64,000 nt of DNA from Catajapyx aquilonaris (Eukaryota). The notes under the pieces are model-generated. The model worked only from the letters and a program-made list of their open reading frames with translations. It had not been told where the DNA came from and ran no database searches. The stretch is taken from the NCBI GenBank assembly GCA_000934665.2, contig KZ538303.1, forward strand, positions 1-64,000, read 5' to 3'. Position numbers and translations under genes: made by a program. Position 1 is the stretch's first letter. Every line of letters begins with the position of its first letter. Shown one piece after another: positions 40,340 to 52,700 of the stretch.

Positions 40340-40752
40340 ATGGGTGGAGCATAATAAATAGGTGGGTGGAGCATACTAATGTGGGCGGACCGTACGAAAC
40401 TTATGGGCGGAGCATACGACAGGTGGGTGGGGCATACGACAAAGGTGGGCGGAGCCTACGAACCTTGTGGGCGGAGCATACGACATATAGGGGTGAGGCA
40501 TACGACATAGGTGGACCCATCTCCTTTCTATGCTCCGCCCACACGTTTCGTAGGCTCCGCCCACATATGCCGGTCGCTCCTCCCACCTATGTCGTATGCC
40601 CCGCCCACGAGTTTCGTACGCTCCGTACAAAACTTGTGGGCGGAGCATACGACAGGTGGGTGGGGCATACGACATAGGTGGGAGGAGCGACCGGCATATG
40701 TGGGCGGAGCCTACGAAACTTGTGGGCGGAGCATAGAAAGGAGATGGGCGGG
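40340..40752. repeat. ~20-23-bp GC-box minisatellite (GTGGGCGGAGCATACGA core) with an internal inverted block
   Basis: Many GGGCGGAGC(A/C)TACGA and GGGTGGGGCATACGA units. 40516-40608 is the reverse complement of 40656-40748 (93 bp, 2 mismatches). Confidence 0.93.
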
Positions 40753-42036
40753 GCTTAAGTCGGACCCACTGTAATGGCCGACACTTCTAGTTTTTTGAAA
40801 TGTCAGGACGCTTCTGCATTACTTTCCTGTCGCCAGAGCAGTCGGCGTGACGCCATCCTCGGCATGAACTGAGAGGAAATGGACGTATATCTGCTCTGAA
40901 AGAGACACTACCCGCTCGACAACAATGTGAATCCGTTGGAAATACGTCCGGTCTATTTCCAACACCCGGTGGGTCATAAAGAGGCGTGGGCGTTGGATTA
41001 GATCCTTTCTGCCACATACCACTTTATCCCAGGAATACACGTTTTGGAAGTGCTTGGAGGGGGGTACACTGATTTCCGGTCAGGCGACCCTATAAACTCA
41101 CATTTTGGACCAATCCGCGCCCACCTTTTATTCATTTAGAGGTCTTCACCCTCGGGCCAGAGGATGTCGCACTATTTGCCAATTGTTTTTCGCAGAAAAC
41201 GGGGCGTTGAATTTTGCCATTCTGACGCCCAGATTGGTTCCAACCATACCCTATTCAAACGGCAGTCCACTCTCGCAAATTGACCGTCCCAAAGGTCCGA
41301 CTTGCAACAAAATGGGCCCCAAAAAAGATGGTGCAGAATTTTTTTTCCCCCCATCGCAAAAGGCAACCTGGCGAAGATTATTACCTGGGCTTATTGCGTT
41401 AAAGGCTGGTTGCGTGGGAGGTGATTTGCTGATGGCATGCAAACGTCGGCTAATTGCTCACACAATCGATCACGGAACCAAAAATAAGTGAAGGTGGGGG
41501 GAGAGATATATTTAAAAAGGTGGGCCCAAGAACATTTTAAGGTGGGTTGAATGACCGGGTTTAAACGGAGAGCTAATTAAGATTTTTAATGAGCGAGCGT
41601 TCACACCGTTGGAATTAAAGCATAGGCAAATTTGCTTAAAGATTTTGGGACCGCTTGAGTGGACCTTTTCCTGCCAAAAAAATGCGGACAAAATGTCAGA
41701 AGTCGATGGCGTTTAACTGAAATCCGATCAGATTGAATTTATTGAACCGGAGGAGTCGCAGCATCACTGAACCTGCACGGTGATTCACATGCTTGTTGGA
41801 AAAAATCCAAATAGAGTTGTTTGATGGCGCAAATGTGCTGTGCAATTTCGGGTTTGTTATGGGATATCTGTAAATTTTCGTGTGATTTTTGCACAACGGA
41901 GCACGAAATTCGTCACAGGCAAATTTCGATAGATTTTTTTGCCCTCCAATGCCGCACACATTTCTGGCTTGATGGCTTTTTCAATTATTATATACTATAC
42001 CGGTATATTGGATAAAATATCACACCATTTTGTTGC

Positions 42037-42093
<57 letters not shown>
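42037..42093. repeat. (AGT)19 microsatellite
   Basis: Perfect trinucleotide run read directly. Confidence 0.98.
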
Positions 42094-42094
<1 letters not shown>

Positions 42095-45000
42095 CGTAGA
42101 ATTTTGATGAGCTTATCATGATAATATTATTACACGTTTAAGAAGTCCATTTGCAGCAACGTCTTGGCTTGGAGTGAATAATCTTGGCTAGACTGTTTAC
42201 GAAACCTTTAATATGCAGGTGCACTTAGGCAAAATTAATTACAGGTGACCTTTGACCTTAATGTAACATGCAGTCTAATTTGCTTTGTTCTCAGTCCACT
42301 TTCCAGGTTAGAATGTCGCAATTTACTGCAACAGTGACGGTTACATTAAACATAATAATTGCAAGGTGACTTTGAACATTCACCAAAATTTTTCCCCACC
42401 CTCTTTATCAGTTATAGTTGCAGTGTTTCAACTATTTACACGTTCATGTCGCAAGGGACTGGTATTATATTTGACACCTGTACGGTTAGCGGGCAGAGCA
42501 AAATAGTCAGGCCCGTCAGACTGAGCGATGTTAGCCTGCTTCTCATAAAAGCACAAACGTATTCGCCGACACTGCCACAGCAACAGTTCCTGAAGCAGCA
42601 TATTTTTTTCCGGATTCCCTGAATTTGGTGGCCGCTCTTTTTTAAAACACATGCTCGTTACGTAAACCAAACAACAACCAAACTAAACAACCATGTCATG
42701 CGAACAAAAATAAAGCCATTATTTAACCTTTAACAGTAGCCTTATTCACAATACAGTGTATAATTTTGGGTCGGGTTCATGACTCACGCTAAGTTTGTTT
42801 GGTTCTTACATTCAATGGTGGTGCATGCTGATCAAAATTGGCAAATTTAATGTATTTCTCGAATTTATTTTATTTTGCTATTTGCTACAATTTTTATACT
42901 GATATATAATTTCCATTTTTATCAATGAAGTATTTTAATTGTACTTTCAATTTATTTACTTTCAAACCTCAAAAGTATAACACCATTGGCATATTTCAAT
43001 ATTAAGAAATAGCTATAAACTGGCAGAAAATACTATAGCATTATAGCATTATACTCCCTCGCATGACCTTCAAAATAATAATAATCCCTGTATTATCATT
43101 ACCTCATTATAAAAGGCAGTAGTTGTTTAAAAGAAGCGTAATGATGAGACAATAATATCCTAAAGAGAGGTGGAATAAAAACAAACGTACTGTACAGTAC
43201 TATATTATATGTTTTCGTAGCTAGAAAAGGGTAGGTTGGAGTCGGATTATGTCAATACTGCCCTGAGACTACAAATTTTGCCTGAAAATCGCAAGCCGTA
43301 CTCCCACGCTCTCTTGTAAAGTTCACGAGTCAAAAGTTGTGATTACATGTAGGAATTGCCCTTGGCAAAATTTTCTTTTTATGTCATAACAAAAATCTGT
43401 CCGTTAAACTTACCCTATGACCCACTGACTTTTTCCCGGTCGCTTAGTAATCAGCAGGAATGTTTATAGAGCCACTATTCCCAGGGGTCTATAAAAGCAT
43501 GGAGAGTCTGCATATTTAATGAGCAGTTAATACTGTCAATGGCAATTACTACTCGCCGATATTCATTCAGTTATTCACACACTTTCATCGGGATGGTATA
43601 ATAACCCCATAGTTTTATGCAATCATGCGAATTGGATAGTGCACATTTTTCTGCAGATAAAGAGTAATCTAATCTGACGCAATTTTGTCGGTGCGTCTGC
43701 TTTTGTTGGCAGAAAACATGTTTATGATAATGTTGGTGCGTTGTCCAGGGAACCTTTACCCAGCTGTGTTATCCAACTGACAGATCTTTAATCCATCAAT
43801 TATTATGAAGATACGCAAGTGACTTCACGCAGACTGTGATTTCTCTTCTCTGCGGCAAACCCACACATCATATTCTGTGTCAGCAGGACGGGAAGCTGGA
43901 GGAAAATGGACCACAATTTATCATCCCTGGAAACTTCAAAAAAAAAGAGAGAGAGAGCGAAAACCACGTGCACATATTAGTTCGCAAGTTATGATCCACG
44001 ACCCGAAAAGAAAATTTGTTCACCTTTAGTCTGGACATATATTGCTCTGGGGAAGAAAAAAGGTGCAACGAAGAAAAATGACACATTTTTTTTCGAGTAA
44101 GTGAACAGTTTGTAGCTAACTTTCATAACTCCCTGTAGATTTTTAAAAAAAACACACAAGGCGGGATTAGCGAGAAGGTTGATGCATTTTTTTGCGGCCA
44201 GTTGACCTTGACCGTGAAGTTAAATAAAAGGTTCCCCCCCCCCTCCCACATTTTTTTTTTGTGCGTGTGTCGTGCAGTAACCCAACTCATCCTTGCATGC
44301 ACAGGTTGGCTATATCGGAGTTCCGACTTGCGTAAAGGTCACTTTAAATAACCTACAAATGCTTCCTTGCATAACTCGAGGGAAAATTCGATTACGGGAC
44401 ACTAAGGAAAGTATTTTAAGAAAAACTATAAACAGGGATCAAAATTAATGAAAATGACATTGAAAGTTCCGGTTGTATATTGCACACAAAAAATGGCCAA
44501 GGTAAGCAAGGGGTGCAATTTTTCCACGGAGTTCTTCTTTCATGGAGTGATAAGTACACCTTTTATGTGGTTCGCAAGATTTAACTTCCATTATTTGCGG
44601 CGTTATGGCGTCGTAAAAACGGTTCGTAAAAACATGTTTATAAGCTAATAACACATTTACAGGAAAGAAATTAGACCAAAACACCTTCCCATATCGCTTC
44701 CTCTTAAGGAAGTCTCCACCTGCTGTGTGTGTGGGGTCGCTGCCAACAATAGATTGGATTTCTCCAATTGCAATGGACCAGGCATCGTCAAACCTATCCG
44801 TTTTCCTGACTTCTGCGGGACATTTCGTGAGACGAATTTCAAGGTAACTTGATTTCATATATCCTCCCCCACTCTCAGCATCCTCTCCCGCGGCCATTAG
44901 AATTCCACGCCTTAGTGGACCTATCCCAAGGTTTGTGGAAATCGTGTGACCAGGGAATGGAATCGCTAACAATCAGGTAGAGATGGCGGAAGCGGCCAAT

Positions 45001-45894
45001 TTCGCAGTAATCCATGATGTCAAAAAATTCTTCTCAAAATTTTGGGGGTAACATCCCTTCAGCCAAAACTCAGCAAAAATTCACAAAAAACTGCCAAACT
45101 GACAGTGAAATAATGGGATGAAAAATGTCTACTGAAACTCATTGTCGCCGTCAATTTCAACTCTGTAGGCAGGAAGTAACATGCTACCTGCTATTTATGT
45201 GTCGCGAAAAAGAACACACACGTGTACAAAAAAAAATATATAACAGTCCCCCCCATAGCCTGAATAGGTTATCGCATGATGACGAGAGAATTGTTCGTGA
45301 CAACCAGCCACTATTATACCCACCAGACAAGCCGAAAAACCCTGCCCTTTGAATTTTGCACTGAAACAATATGTTTGCGCTGGCCCGCTTTCACAATGTT
45401 ATTCATAACCCCCAAAAATTACGTTCAAACCCCCCCATTTATGCAGCCGTATTAAAGCCCATTGGTAGGCCTATTGGTTTTTAAAAAAATACTGAGAGTG
45501 GAACTGAATTTGCTCGCACTATTTGGACCAACTTTACTTTGATGTATAGAGCGAACCGATAGATAGTACGACCTGCCCGTCTCTTTAAGAGTGAGGTAAC
45601 CGATAAGAGGCGTGTGTATAGGGTATATAGATATAGTACATCGAAAGGTGGCGCGTCGTGTATGCAGTCAGCAGCAAGCAGTTGGTTGGCCGATGGTATC
45701 CCCCCCGAAGCAGGCCCGTCCCCACCCCCCAAACCCCTCCACCACCCACCCAACCCTCGAGCTGCATGCTAGCTCTATGGTAGTGCTGGAGTGGGAGCTC
45801 CAGACGGCGGCTGACTGAAGCAGAAGCTCCTCTGTCTCTTTATCCTACGAAAAAAAGACATGCTGTGGCCATGGTCCTTCATGGCTAAACCAGC

Positions 45895-46786
45895 ATGATC
45901 AGTGGTATGGCGAACGTGGATGAGCCTATGGAAGAGAGTGGGTTAGGATGGATCAACCACTCGGATGCTGCGACTACGGGTGTTCCTCCGGCGGTGGTGA
46001 CTTCCGGAGACCCGCTTCCCAACTTCTGGTCGGATGTCCTTCCGATCATCATCAAGGCCTTCATCATGGGGGCCATCATCCTGGCTGCCATCCTGGGCAA
46101 CCTCCTGGTGATGATAAGCGTCATGAGGCACCGGAAGCTCAGGATCATCACCAACTACTTCCTGGTGTCTCTGGCTTTTGCGGATCTTCTGGTAGCCCTT
46201 TGCGCTATGACCTTCAACGCCAGTGTGGAGATCTCGGGACGATGGATGTTCGGGTACGTCATGTGCGACGTGTGGAACGCTCTGGACGTGTACTTCTGCA
46301 CGGCTTCCATCCTGCATTTGTGCTGCATCAGTGTGGACAGGTACTATGCCATTGTCAGGCCTCTGGAGTACCCGTTGTTCATGACCGGACGGACCGTGAG
46401 TTTCATGCTAGCCAACGTGTGGGTGTCTCCTGCCATCATCTCCTTCACCCCGATCTTCCTCGGGTGGTACACCACCAAGGAACACCAGGAGTTCAGGAAC
46501 AAGCATCCGGACGAATGTATATTCGTGGTGAACAAGCCCTACGCCATCATCTCCTCCTCCATCTCCTTCTGGATACCAGGAGTCGTCATGGTGGTCATGT
46601 ACTACAAGATCTTCCGGGAGGCTCTCAGGCAGAGGAAGGCCCTCAGCCGGACCTCCAGCAGCGCCATACTCAACAGTGTACACCATTCCTCAGACTTGCC
46701 CAATGGTCAAGCCGCCGCAGCCACTGCTGCATCCACCAGGACGCAGGCATACGGAGCCACCAAAGCCACAGAACTCAACATGAATG
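45895..46786 (+). CDS. Octbeta3R: Octbeta3R-like octopamine receptor, first coding exon (N-terminus, TM1-TM5, start of ICL3); partial gene
   Basis: GN, LAFAD, TM3 Asp (LDVYFCTAS), DRY and SSSISFW are present. [23 protein letters not shown] matches my recollection of beta3-type ICL3. A phase-1 donor AATG|GTGAGG at 46786/46787 coincides with the loss of GC3 bias. An in-frame TAA lies at 45886, and an alternative start ATG at 45907 has a stronger context. TM6-7 is not seen in the window. Confidence 0.88.
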
Positions 46787-49700
46787 GTGAGGATTCACGC
46801 AATATTTTGTATAAAATTCTCCAGATTTTTTTTTTACACACACGTGTCCGGAACTTTACGTCCGCGATAGTGCGTGAGACAAGGGCGTTAAGCCCGTATT
46901 TACATGGCGCTTTTGCGAGCATAGCCTTGCGACGGTTTCAATTAACGCTTCCATCAGCTAATGTCTATGACTAACCTACCAGCAGGCACTCATGTTTCGG
47001 TAAATGGTTGTCAATTCACTGCCCGGTCGCTAACAAATTGTTGGGTTGGGATTTTAGAGGCGTGGAAGCGCAAAATCATAAACGATTTGCATTGATGGGT
47101 TGTGCTGTCCCATGTGTGTTTGTTTTTTAAATTTAAAAATGGACTGATTTCTCTGTCAAATATTTTGATCAGTTTTTCACTAATTCGGCATCAATGGGAC
47201 GCGATTGGGACTAACTAGCGTTATTGTTTCCTTCCTATTTTTACTATACTAAAATTGGCTGGGAAAAACATTTCATATATGCTGATGTTGAAATCGCAAT
47301 TAAAACAGCGACGAGCTAATAAAGCAAATTGGGGATTAAACAATTCGCTCAGTGCTAAAGCCCACTTGTTCTGTCCGTACAGTACAATCGGTACGTAAAA
47401 AAAAACACAATTCCTGGAGCTCCACCGAGCACGACGTTTTACTTCTAACCGGGCTTGAAATTACCATTTTCCTCGGAGGCAAAATGTACGGAAAGTACTT
47501 GATTATGGCAGCCATTCTTGGTCCTCTCCGACTTTGACGGCATTATTAATTCCTCGTCCTGACACATTGCCACTTCAACTCCATTGAGACTGATTTCCCG
47601 GCGACAAACTTTGCTCAGAGTTGGAGGGACTATAAGCCATCGGATTAAAACCGCCAGAGACATTGATCAGAAATGCACAACACAATTGCGCCAAATCGAT
47701 AAACTCTATTCTAGACAGAGTATGGATTCTGCCCAAATCGACTAATAAACAAGACAACAATCACTGACCTGTTGTGCGTAGGAGCTCCGATTTTTTTTAG
47801 AGCTCGTCTAAATTATTAATGTCGACCGAATTTACAACCGCACAACAAGCATGGAATAATAATAAAAGGCTGCGGGGGGGAAAAAAATCTCGGATATTTT
47901 CTAGAGTCCTTGGTTTGGCGCTCGTGAACCTTGAAGTAAAGTTGTCTTTATGGGATTCCCCATATAACCTTGATGTTAGAAAAAAAAACAGGCCCGGATG
48001 GTTGGGGCACACAAAAAAATTCGTTGCCCATATTACACCACACGAGAGTCAGACAATGAAAAATCTCTCCCCNCCCCCCCCCCAACAGAAACAGCCGCAA
48101 CTTTGCGACGGATTGCGGAACATCCGGATGAAAACAAACATAAAAAGCCAGTAAAAAAACCGGGCGCTGCAGACGTTCCGACTAAAAGGCGCAAAAATTA
48201 TGTGAAATGATTTCCCCGCCAGATATGAATTTTTGACAAAAAGCTGTATTTCGCAATGTGCAAATATTTCCGGGATATCTTCCCACACTCATCAAATAAA
48301 TTCCCAGGTGCATTGAGCACGCGTCATATAACCTATTAGTTAGCTTTGAACCGTATTCAACGGCTGTTTAACTAGGTTCATGCAATTCTGCCTAAATATA
48401 AAGCCCAATTATTGAATTCGCTTATTCAAAAATGAAGCATCATCTACATGCAGACAGTACTAAAATATCCGCTAATAACAGGTTGGGTAAAATATATCCT
48501 ACAAATTGTAGACCGCTAATGAATTTATTTTTTAACTGTAAATTATCAATAACACGAACTAGGCAGCTGAACTAATACAGCAATAACTCACATTTTGCAG
48601 AGATTTTGCGCGGATTAGCATGTTTTCTTTTTTCGCTGATTCTAACCAAAAGCGCGCTAGGGACCAATGGTCTCTTTATTTGCATAACCGCGCAGTAGGT
48701 GAAGGGAAATATTGTCTTAATTAAGACCCGGTCGTTATTGTCTCTCGTATTTCCTCATTATGAGTCGGGCGGTAAATAATAGACCTTCGTACTTTTGATA
48801 CAGCAGCACATCGTCCTCCACCGACTCTTCACGAAATTCCTCTAATTGCTCGGAATCATGGAAGCCGGTCACAACCGCACGAAACTAGTCTTCTTGGGCC
48901 TCTTTTTTTTTGGGTCGCATGCGTCATGAATTCATTATGAGAAAATGGGTTGAGGTGGGTGCGAAATTACGGGATAAATCATGCCGTCTAATTTCGACCA
49001 GCAAGCAAGCAAGCAAACAAACTGAAGCGTACTACGCAACGGGCGGATGATAATAATAAAACTGGAGGGAATGAAAATGCAAGAACTGAGCACGTGTCCT
49101 TCTCTTCTACATATGTAACACCGTGGTCAGCCATGAAAAATATGGCCTAATTCTGCAATAATTGTGATTTATTTTTTGTGACAAATTTCTCAATTTTTGG
49201 CAACAGCTATTGGGAAAGGAGCGTCAAGAATAACGCCTTTTTTCGGAAGAGCATGAAGCGAGAGAGACACTGAGCCCTTTTCCCATGTCCTTATCAGCCG
49301 CTGCCCAACTTTTCATTACGCTTCCTCTTTGGGCGAAATCCGGCTCTTAATCTCTCCTAGATTCCTCCCCAAGTCAGAACGATGTTCTTTTTCTCCTCCA
49401 GCAAAGTAAACGACGAACAAGAGCAAACTCGGCCGCTTCCAAATCCGTCCTTATTGGAGTGAAGTGTACAGAAAAAAAATATATAAGGTTATGTATTGAA
49501 GGACCTCTCGGCTTTGAAGAAGAAAGGGGCCTCGTGTTTAGAATTTCAATTCAGCGATCGATTCCTGACTATTATTACACGTCGGCCTGTTGCTTGTTAC
49601 CTGGGCGAATCCCCTATTTTTGGTGGTCAAGGGTAAAATGATGAGTTCGTGTGGTCTGATCGTCACTGGATGTCACATGAAATCTATTTTATTTATCCGG

Positions 49701-52700
49701 CATGACGATGGGGAAAGGCAAACGAACTCGCACAAGGACAATGTCAGTCGTCACGATATAAAGCAAGATTGTCTACTGACATGAGAAGATTAGCAGGCCT
49801 TAACAGTACAGGTTCGCAACCTTGAATAGGGATCTATGCAAAAACAAAGTGCTCTCATGCTGAACACGCCTTGGGTGCTATATCTATGCAAGGGAAATAA
49901 CATGAACTCAATGGGGCCTTTTTGGGTTTTTTTAAAAAAGCAGTCACACCCAGTGGGAAACGTTAAAAAATGTTCTGGGCTCTCATTGCCATTTTAAGAG
50001 GAGGTTGGTCTGAAAAGCCCTTAAAACCTTCCCTAGAGCCAAGTGCGGGTTTTAAAACCGTGAGCGGGCCTCACTTCCTTCTCTATATTTCATAACCGAC
50101 TCGCACTTTTTTTGACTACTCATAACCCATATTAGCCCGGTAAAACGGCAGTTTATTGGAGGATGCATATAAGGTCATACATTTACACCACGTTAAGTTG
50201 TATAATTATACACATTTTGTCGACACCGAATCCGCATGTAATTATAGCCTGACTGTTACACAATGGCAGTGTCGCATCCCCAGTTTTCAAATAAAAAAAC
50301 CCGACCATAATTAAGCATCCCGTTGCACAGTACAACAGGGTCGCAGATGGCTAAAATAACACCAAAAAATTTATTTGCATACATAGCAGGTATCGACCTG
50401 ATACTGCACTTTGTCGGGTCCCACTTTCCAGAGGTATTGTTCTGTCCTGATGCATAGTTATGTGAACAATGCTGAACAACACTTTTTTTTGAATAAAAAA
50501 TCCCATGCAATTCAGAGCTAATTAATTCGAGTGGAAGCCTCTATTGACATGAGCTATAGTTGGATAGTTCTGAGCAGTAATAAGATTTCCAACTGATGGA
50601 AATATCATATTCATGCAACTTTTACTGTTACATGTTTCGGTGCGTCTCACATAGACAAGGTAAAAAAGCGATGGGAGTACAAATAAATTAACTCTTCTAA
50701 CAGCGTCAGGAATAGCAAATGAAGCAGGACAACATAGTGCCGATTCAAATGTTTTATGCTGCTTCCACCACTATAGCCCTTACTGCAGTTAACCGCCCTC
50801 CATGAATAAATGACAAGGCTGACTGGCTATTCGTAGCCCATTGACTTGTGCAGTACACTATAACGCGGCTCTCAGACTAATGCACAAGGATGATTACTCT
50901 TGGAATTGCAGTTACGGCCTGGAATCGCACATGGAACATTTATATATTCCCTATATATACACTTCTTTTAAATGAAACATTTGGCACAAATTTTTGAACC
51001 CTCACGCTCCATTGGTGTTGGCGGTCGTGGGATGTGGTCCATTGTTTTTTTGGTCGAAGCCCCCCCCTGTGCTTGCTGGCTTTGAAAAACATCGAACGCT
51101 GCAAAGTCGCTTATGGGATTGCGGTCCTCGGCCACGGAAACCGCGATTTGCATACTACCGGAAGCTTTGACGACATGACGGAGACCGAGCTTGTGCCAGA
51201 CTGAGTTACGCGCCCTGTTGAAACATCCCGACCAGAACACACCGGAGTTTACAAAAAAACAACTGCAGGGGTGTGTATAAAAAGATTGAGGGGGTTCAGG
51301 CCGCATCTACTTTTATGCTATCTGACTCTGAAGGGTTGGGGATAGAAGCCATCGACTAAAGAGAAAGAGAGATCAGCTTTGATCCTATTCCAGACTACTT
51401 TAGATTATGGACTACGATAGGATTCTAAAAGATGGGGAGGTCGGTAAAAAAAAGAAGGAAAATCAGAACCTTCGCCCTATTCTTATGGCCCTAAAAGGTT
51501 CGATTTTAAATTGGACCAGCCTTTGCCCACTGGATAGGCAGGAATTGAAGGTGTGGAGCCTGCTCTTTCGAAAGAAAATGGTGTCGTCATGCAAAAGAAG
51601 AGGAGGACCTGAAACTTTTTTTCCTGTCCGAGACTTTGGACCTATAGTCGATATCCAAACTTTTTGACAGCAAAAATCAATACGTCGAACATCGAAAGCC
51701 GCATCCCTTATAATTATTTGAATTCGTTATCGACAAATATTGAACTGTACCCGATATTTTGAGAGGAAAATTTCGATATATCGCAAAGGGTCCATTTCCT
51801 GATCGTATCAAACGAGCGTAGAATGTTTTTCTGTATCTTTTTACAACCCTTCAGAGGGCAATCGTTTCAGTACGTACGCATGTGACTTGGGGACGTTTTT
51901 CGTATCAGGTCGCTCCTGGTTTCGCATACCAACAATCCGTGGAATCAAAAATTCATTCACGACGCCATGTCTGGGACCAACATCAGGGGCGGGGCGGTAA
52001 TACAATATAGCCTCATAACCGTCTCTGAATTGAGGCTTCTAATCTTGTCACCTGCGCAAAATCCGCCGCTTCGATGTTTAATCACTGGTGTGAATGCATA
52101 ATCACGGAAAACAAGGCCCGTGGATTTAGCCGACAAACTAAATGCTTCGACAGAAATTAATCACGGGCCCGGAATGAGCAGATGCTGGTTTTGCGCACCT
52201 TGAGAAGTAATCAGTGCAGCTCCTTAGCGGAAGGCCTATGCTAATGATGAGGTGAGATGCTGATTACTGAGATGGATCAGACATCATGATTAGCTTTCTT
52301 GCCAACGATCGATCCAGCATTATCCTTGCTGAGATTTTACCTCCGAAAAAATATGGTCCCTTGATGAAACATGGTGGCAACTCGTCGCTAATAAGCTGCA
52401 CGTTAAAAAAACTGCGAGCAGTCGCCAACATCAAAGAGTATATGCCTCCGAGGAATAATAATGTTAACTTTCAGCATACCTTGTTATACTACAAACTGGC
52501 CAAATAATTTTGATACAAATCTTCCACTAAAATTATGCACCAAGTAGCCAAAAGATTTGGGGATATCGTCTCTCCTGCCGCGACAACTGACTGGGAAATT
52601 GTCGTCTTAATTGACTCCGAAATGGCTGGGTTCGTCCTCCGGAATTGTCAGCGAAATCAATACTAAAGTCAGCAGGCAGCTATAGAGACTAACTTTAGCA

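Noticed and set aside
40340..40752. Repeat array as a CRISPR array, or its ORFs as proteins
   Set aside because: No unique spacers, variable units, no cas genes and a eukaryotic context. The ORFs are translations of the repeat.
41939..42121. Poly-Val ORF
   Set aside because: Translation of the (AGT)n microsatellite.
44445..44972. 175-aa minus-strand ORF
   Set aside because: Non-ATG start, no recognisable domain and no codon bias.
45943..46790. 280-aa alternate-frame ORF and antisense ORFs over the beta3-like exon
   Set aside because: They are confined to the GC-rich exon and explained by codon bias; there is no independent evidence of coding.
45895..46974. The 359-aa ORF as a complete receptor or as a pseudogene
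   Set aside because: It lacks TM6-7, but has no lesions and has a good donor at the compositional boundary, so it is best read as exon 1 of a spliced gene.
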